The notes under the pieces are model-generated. The model saw nothing but the letters and a program-made list of their open reading frames with translations. It ran no database searches and was not told the origin of the DNA. A program made the position numbers and the translations under genes. Source: Macrostomum lignano (Eukaryota). From it: 64,000 nucleotides of DNA. This document shows, one piece after another, positions 58,040 through 64,000 of the stretch. How positions within the stretch are numbered: the stretch's first letter is position 1; every line of letters begins with the position of its first letter. The stretch lies in contig NIVC01000051.1 of the NCBI GenBank assembly GCA_002269645.1, forward strand, positions 620,001-684,000. Reading direction: 5' to 3'.

Positions 58040-61000
58040 TCAGCCGTGAATGTACGGCAGGAACAGCTCCTTGAGCTTCGCCTCTCGTCTATCGCCGATC
58101 TCGCGCAGTCGATCCTCGACAACCCGATGCGCCTTGGCGCGCTTCTCGGCCACCTGCGGCAGCGTCTGCGGCGGCCGGTAATCTACCGGGTAGCGAGTGC
58201 TGGATGGAGTGCCGCCAGGCTGCACTTTAACTTTAAGCCGGTCACGCTCGCCCTGCTTATCGGCCTCATCAGTGTCTGGTTTGTCAACAATCGACGGTTT
58301 TGACGGCTGGCCGACTTCGCTGCTAGCGGCGCCGCTGCTGCTGTAGATGGTGTGCTGTCTGGCCGCCGCCCGCTGAAGCTGCAGCTCGGCGGAGGCCACA
58401 GCAGCCGTGGCTTTCAAGCCCTCCAGCTGCCAGGTGCGAGTTCGGCGTACGGCGGCGAGCACGTGACGCTCGATGTCCGTGTGAGCGCGGGATAGCAGCA
58501 TCTTCTCCGCCATCTCGTCCGCGGTCTCCATCAGCGTCATCCATGGGGTGGCCATGCGAAGCTGGAAGTTTTCGGTGGGGATGGTTGGGGTACCATGGTT
58601 ACTGGGAAGTGCCCATTTGTGGAGAAAAATATCCACTTGAGATGGGGAAGAGAAGATGAGGAGGGAGAAGGGAAGCTGAGGTTAATGGAGAGCGGAGATT
58701 GCGTAGGAAGGGAAGGCTGAGGGGAGGATGATGAAGAGGGGAGGCTGAGGGGGTAGGATGATGGAGAGGGGAGGCTGAGGGGGTAGGATGATTAAGAGGG
58801 GAGGCTGAGGGGGTAGGATGATGGAGAGGCCGGTGAGGCTGAGGGGTAGGATGATGGTGAGGCCGGTGAGGCTGAGGGAAATATGCAAAGCCCAACTGCG
58901 ATAAGGATTTAGGAAGGTTTGTAATCCGTGATGATTTATTGCTAATGCAGAATTAGGCACGATTTAAAATATCATCAAGTGAACAAAATAAGTTCAATGA
59001 GTTTTAAAACAAAAGAATACCGATAAAATTTGTGACTATAAAACGCATGTGTTAAAATATAGATCTTATACGTGAACCGAAGTGAGATACGAGAGTACAC
59101 GTACTTAAACACGTACACATACTTTTCACTGGCCAGATCGATCAACTCACTTGTCATTTTAGTGACCACTTCGGTTCTGTACGAGTATGATCATAAAAAA
59201 CAGAACTATGGACTTTGCTGAAATTGCCGATATGTATCGAAAATATCTTTGAAGACTGCAATTAATTCAAATCATCCGATTCGCATCGTAAATAAATTTA
59301 AGGCTACAATTATTTCACATCAGCCGATATGTATCGAAAACAAATTCAAGGCTAAAATAAATTCGAATTAGCCGATATGTGTCGAAAATTACTTCAAAGC
59401 TCCGATTAATTCCAAATAGCCGATATGCGTCGAAAAAAACTTGATGGCAGCAAAATTAATTTGAATCAGCCAATATTTATCAAAATTAAATTCATGGCTA
59501 TACATTTCAAATCAATCCGATTGAAAATTTTGACAATTATTTCGAATCATCCGATATGTATCGACATCAACAAAAAACGTGGTTAAAATGATTATTAAAT
59601 ACCTGATTCCTCGGCAGTAGCAGGGGCTCCAAAGTTGACAAGCGACTCAGCTCCCTCACTGGCAGTTGCTGACCAGCCGCCAGCTCAGCGCGTTTGTTGC
59701 CTAGCAACTCTGGATCGAGCTTGTGCACCAGACTGGGGCTCTTGTGCGTTGACAGGGCGATGAGCAGCTGAAGGCACGCGTTGAGCAGCGCTCTGGGTTT
59801 GATGATGAGGCATGGTGGCTTGTGTAAATTGTGTCTTCCAGATGACACTATACCTGTCTAACAGGTGTCACTACACCCTGTCTTACAGGTGACCCTAATC
59901 TAAAAAGTGACCCTCCTATCTAACAGGTGACCCTACTATCTAACAGGTTATCCTACTATCTAACAGGTGACCCTAATCTAACAAGTGGCCCCTAGTATAT
60001 AACAGGTGACTAATCTAACAAGTTGACCTACTATCTAACAGGTAACTAATCTAAAAAGTTGACCTACTGTCTAACAGGTAACTAATCTAATAAGTTGACC
60101 TACTATCTAACAGGTAACTAATCTAATAAGTTGACCTACTATCTAACAGGTAACTAATCTAATAAGTGGCTCTACTATCTAACAGGTGACCCTACTATCT
60201 AACAGGTGACCCTACTATCTAACCGGTGACCTTACTATCTAACCGGTGATCCTACTATCTAACAGGTGACCCTACTATCTAACAGGTGACCCTACTATCT
60301 AACAGGTGACCCTACTATCTAACAGGTGACCCTACTATCTAACAGGTGACCCTACTATCTAACAGGTGACCCTACTATCTAACAAGTGGCCCTACTATCT
60401 AACAAATGGCCCTACTTTTTAAAAGGTTATCATTCCATCTAACAGGTGACACTCGTATCTAACACCTATCTAACAGCATCCTGTTAGACATTCCCGCCCA
60501 TGTATACACATTTATTAATGGCAATCAATCTCTCTCACCTGCGCTCATTAGTCTTAGAAAAGTAGAGAAACTTCCCGAGCTCCACAAAGCCGAGCTGGCG
60601 CACCAGAGCCAAAGTTTTTGGCTGGCCTAACAGAATGCGAACAGTCAAATCCGACTGCTTCACTTGCAGCTCCTCTGCGTGTTTAGTGATTGCCAGCAGG
60701 TCGACCAGGTAGGAGATCTTCTCCTGGCTAGTTGGCAGCAGCTGGAATAGCGACTCCGTGAGTGCCGGGTGTGGAGCAACCGCTAGCAGGCTGGAGAACA
60801 CGTGATAAGCGGGCAACAGCAGTCCGTCCCGGTCCCAGTGCGGGAACACGATCAGCTGTTTCGGCGTGTCCTCGAAATCTGGCTGGAAATGGAAGCCAAG
60901 AAATCGCAGCAGGCGAACTGCCGCGGGAAAGTCAGCGAGACAGTCGGGCAGACGGCGTTTGGCTTTGCCCGGGTTGCCAAGGAACAGCCGCTTCAGGGCG

Positions 61001-63805
61001 CCGTCCAGCTGCGGAGCGATGTTGGAGGCAGGGCTGTCTTGTCTCTGTGTCTCTGCCATGTCTGCCTTGTCTCTGCCATGTCTGTCTTGTCTCTGTGTCT
61101 CTGCCATGTCTGTCTCTTGTCTCTGTGTCTCTGCCATGTCTGTCTCTTGTCTCTGTGTCTCTGCCATGTCTGCCTTGTCTCTGCCATGTCTGTCTTGTCT
61201 CTGTGTCTCTGCCATGTCTGCCTTGTCTCTGCCATGTCTGTCTTGTCTCTGTGTCTCTGCCATGCCTGTCTCTTGTCTCTGTGTCTCTGCCATGTCTGTC
61301 TCTTGTCTCTGTGTCTCTGCCATGTCTGCCTTGTCTCTGCCATGTCTGTCTCTTGTCTCTGTGTCTCTGCCATGTCTGCCTTGTCTCTGCCATGTCTGTC
61401 TCTTGTCTCTGTGTCTCTGCCATGTCTGCCTTGTCTCTGCCATGTCTGCCTTGTCTCTGCCATGTCTGTCTCTTGTCTCTGTGTCTCTGCCATGTCTGCC
61501 TTGTCTCTGCCATGTCTGCCTTGTCTCTGCCATGTCTGTCTCTTGTCTCTGTGTCTCTGCCATGTCTGCCTTGTCTCTGCCATGTCTGTCTCTTGTCTCT
61601 GTGTCTCTGCCATGTCTGCCTTGTCTCTGCCATGTCTGTCTCTTGTCTCTGTGTCTCTGCCATGTCTGCCTTGTCTCTGCCATGTCTGTCTCTTGTCTCT
61701 GTGTCTCTGCCATGTCTGCCTTGTCTCTGCCATGTCTGTCTCTTGTCTCTGTGTCTCTGCCATGTCTGTCTTGTCTCTGTGTCTCTGCCATGTCTGCCTT
61801 GTCTCTGCCATGTCTGTCTCTTGTTTCTGTGTCTCTGCCATGTCTGTCTCTTGTCTCTGTGTCTCTGCCATGTCTGTCTCTTGTCTCTGTGTCTGACATG
61901 TCTCTCTCTTTTGTCCGTCTCTCATGTCTCTCTTGTGTCTGCTTTTCTGCCATGTCTCTGTTGAGTCATTCTCGCATGTCTGATGACCCTCTGTCTTTTT
62001 CATGTGTATCTTTCACGAGTATCCTGTCTCTGCTGTGTCTACATTGTCCCTGCGATCTCTTTCCCGTCTATCTATTGTCTATTTCATATCACCCATCTCT
62101 TTTATATCATTACTGCGTCGTCTTTCATATTATTAGGGCCCTACTAACCAGAGAAGCAATTTGGTCCAAGCAGCCCGCGTGTCGCTTGTTTTCCTGCAGC
62201 ACAGCCGACACCAGACTTTGCAATTCGTACATCAGAGCGGCTTCTTTTGGAACTGAAAAGTTTTTAATCCAAGTATAGAATAGTTCCTAATTAAAACAAA
62301 TATTGATAAATTTAAAAAAATTACAGGCTTCAATCCCCTAATAAATGACGTAACAATCTGACTATCAAAGCAAAATATACGATACTGCCTGCAACAGGCT
62401 ACTTTTATAAGTAGCCAAGTATCGAATTTTCTATCGTCGCTGACGAAAAATCTATGGGGCATAAAAATAAAACTTTTGTTAGTAAATAATACAGGCTCAA
62501 AATTTTTGGTCTGAATTTGTCCTACATAAATATGCTATGCATGCGCAGTAAATGCTACTGACAAGCAGTAGTTTCACTCTTAGTAGAAGCGATGACTGAC
62601 AAATAATAAAATCTGTGCGTTTTGTCTACAGGCGGAAAAAACAATAGAATTTGAACAAACTTGAATACACATCGACAAAAAAGACATTGATTTTTTAAAA
62701 AACAAGTTGCTTACAAGTGCATTAAATTATACCCTCATAATTAACCACGCTTGGCCTCATTGTTGTGCAGTGGCATCTAATGATTTAAATTATTAATTTT
62801 TACCCTCTTTCTCCAGAACAAAGATTTCCTCTTCAGTGTCCTTTGGCGGTTCGACTTTTCAAGTTGGCAATGTGGAAATGAGGTGTTAAAACAATTAGCA
62901 GATACCCTCACTGTGGCATCAAATTTTAATATAGTAATAATCGTATTACACAAAAGTAAAATATAACTTTAATATTCGTATATTACTCGAACCTGTCACT
63001 CTATGGGGGCGGATCACTCAAACCTTCAGTCACTCTATGGGGGCGGATCACTCAAACCTTCAGTCACTCTATGGGGGCGGATCACTCAAACCTTTATCAG
63101 TCACTCTATGGGGCGGATCACTCAAACCTTCAGTCACTCTATGGGGGCGGATCACTCAAACCTTCATCAGTCACTCTATGGGGCGGATCACTCAAACCTT
63201 CAGTCACTCTATGGGGGCGGATCACTCAAACCTTCAGTCACTCTATGGGGGCGGATCACTCAAACCTTCAGTCACTCTATGGGGGCGGATCACTCAAACC
63301 TTTATCAGTCACTCTATGGGGCGGATCACTCAAACCTTCAGTCACTCTATGGGGGCGGATCACTCAAACCTTTATCAGTCACTCTATGGGGCGGATCACT
63401 CAAACCTTTATCAGTCCCTCTATGGGGGCGGATCACTCAAACCAGTCACTCTATGGGGGCGGATCACTCAAACCTTCGGTCACTCTATGGGGGCGGACCA
63501 CTCAAACCAGTCACTCAATGGGGCGGACCACTCAAACCAGTCACTCTATGGGGGCGGATCACTCAAACCAGTCACTCTATGGGGCGGATCACTCAAACCT
63601 GTCAATTGGCTAAGACCAACGCAGTTGGCTAAAATACTCACATTTCTCCTTATCGGAGTCATCGTTGAGCAGTTCCCTTGCTCCATCCTGAGCCTCCACG
63701 GCGTCAATAGTTTGAGACAGTTGAGCTGACCGAATGTCGGCCAAGTTGATGACTAAATCCTTTCCGTAAAGTCGAATAGCGCCTTGAACACTTGGAGCAG
63801 CAAAT
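58040..63805 (-). CDS. 3' exons of a TTC28-like (TPR/CHAT-family) protein; 5' part lies beyond the window
   Basis: Phase-consistent exons (minus): 63805-63642, 62252-62149, 61008-60539, 59792-59603, 58561-58040 (stop). The spliced peptide (GAIRLYGKDLVI..IASL|LDGALKRLFLG..LLRFLGFHFQP..VFPHWD..SLLAVAPHPAL..LVRQLGF..ERR|ALLNACLQLLIAL) resembles, from memory, the post-CHAT region of TTC28. Confidence 0.6.
58640..58885. repeat. ~33-bp purine-rich short array in a TTC28-like intron
   Basis: GAGGCTGAGGGGGTAGGATGATGGAGAGGG units. Confidence 0.8.
59226..59566 (-). repeat. ~48-bp degenerate array with conserved GCCGATATGTATCGAA core
   Basis: Cores at 59226, 59275 (degenerate), 59323, 59371, 59419, 59469 (degenerate) and 59550. 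The core is the reverse complement of the 28.4-28.7-kb motif. Confidence 0.8.
59845..60470. repeat. 21-bp minisatellite (CTACTATCTAACAGGTGACCC)
   Basis: Tandem units are visible; a related short inverted seed lies at 57378-57460. Confidence 0.93.
61035..61900. repeat. mosaic 20/30-bp minisatellite (TCTCTGCCATGTCTG..)
   Basis: Stop-free in several frames; intronic in the gene model. Confidence 0.93.
62995..63602. repeat. ~34-bp minisatellite (CAGTCACTCTATGGGGGCGGATCACTCAAACCTT)
   Basis: Tandem units are visible in a TTC28-like intron. Confidence 0.95.
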
Positions 63806-64000
63806 CTGGATGGAGTATATCAATATTGCTACTGAGTTAGTAGCGTGATGAAACGACCACTATGATAAAACACTCCAACAAACTCTGAGTGGGAGGCTCA
63901 TTGTATTTTTGCTTAGGTAGCAATTACACAACTAAATAACTAAACTACCTACTAAAAGTAGAAATACGCGCAAATAACAACCTATATTCTAAGCAATCTA

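Noticed and set aside
59226-59566. Idea that both CGATACATATCG clusters lie directly upstream of gene starts
   Set aside because: Phase-consistent splicing places this cluster inside an intron of the TTC28-like gene.
63003-63729. MGADHSNLQ repeat ORFs
   Set aside because: A 34-bp minisatellite antisense within an intron.

Overview
Eukaryotic, intron-containing genomic DNA from an invertebrate. The TTAGGG-type repeat, GT-AG introns filled with minisatellites and the TE content fit a free-living flatworm such as Macrostomum, but that is inference. There is no prokaryotic content and no true CRISPR array. Genes, built by hand with splice phases checked: CYLD (minus, runs off the left edge), intronless DNAJB6-like (minus), then a co-oriented plus-strand run of an NDUFB1-like small ORF, EIF4A3 (4 exons), NBAS (14 exons, about 2,550 aa), SNRNP40 (2 exons) and PPCDC (2 exons), and the 3' part of a TTC28-like gene (minus, runs off the right edge). 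Mobile elements: a piggyBac right end, a 5'-truncated Penelope-like retroelement with 200-bp inverted terminal repeats, an 18-bp target duplication and hammerhead-like motifs, a degenerate Mirage/EnSpm-type transposase, several MITEs, SINE heads and Helitron-like fragments. Almost every long intron carries its own minisatellite. The most unusual signal is a repeat-spacer array at 13.0-13.35 kb: degenerate tRNA-Leu primer-binding-site-like motifs, most preceded by an LTR-end-like motif and separated by unrelated 15-22-nt spacers, downstream of an LTR-like segment.
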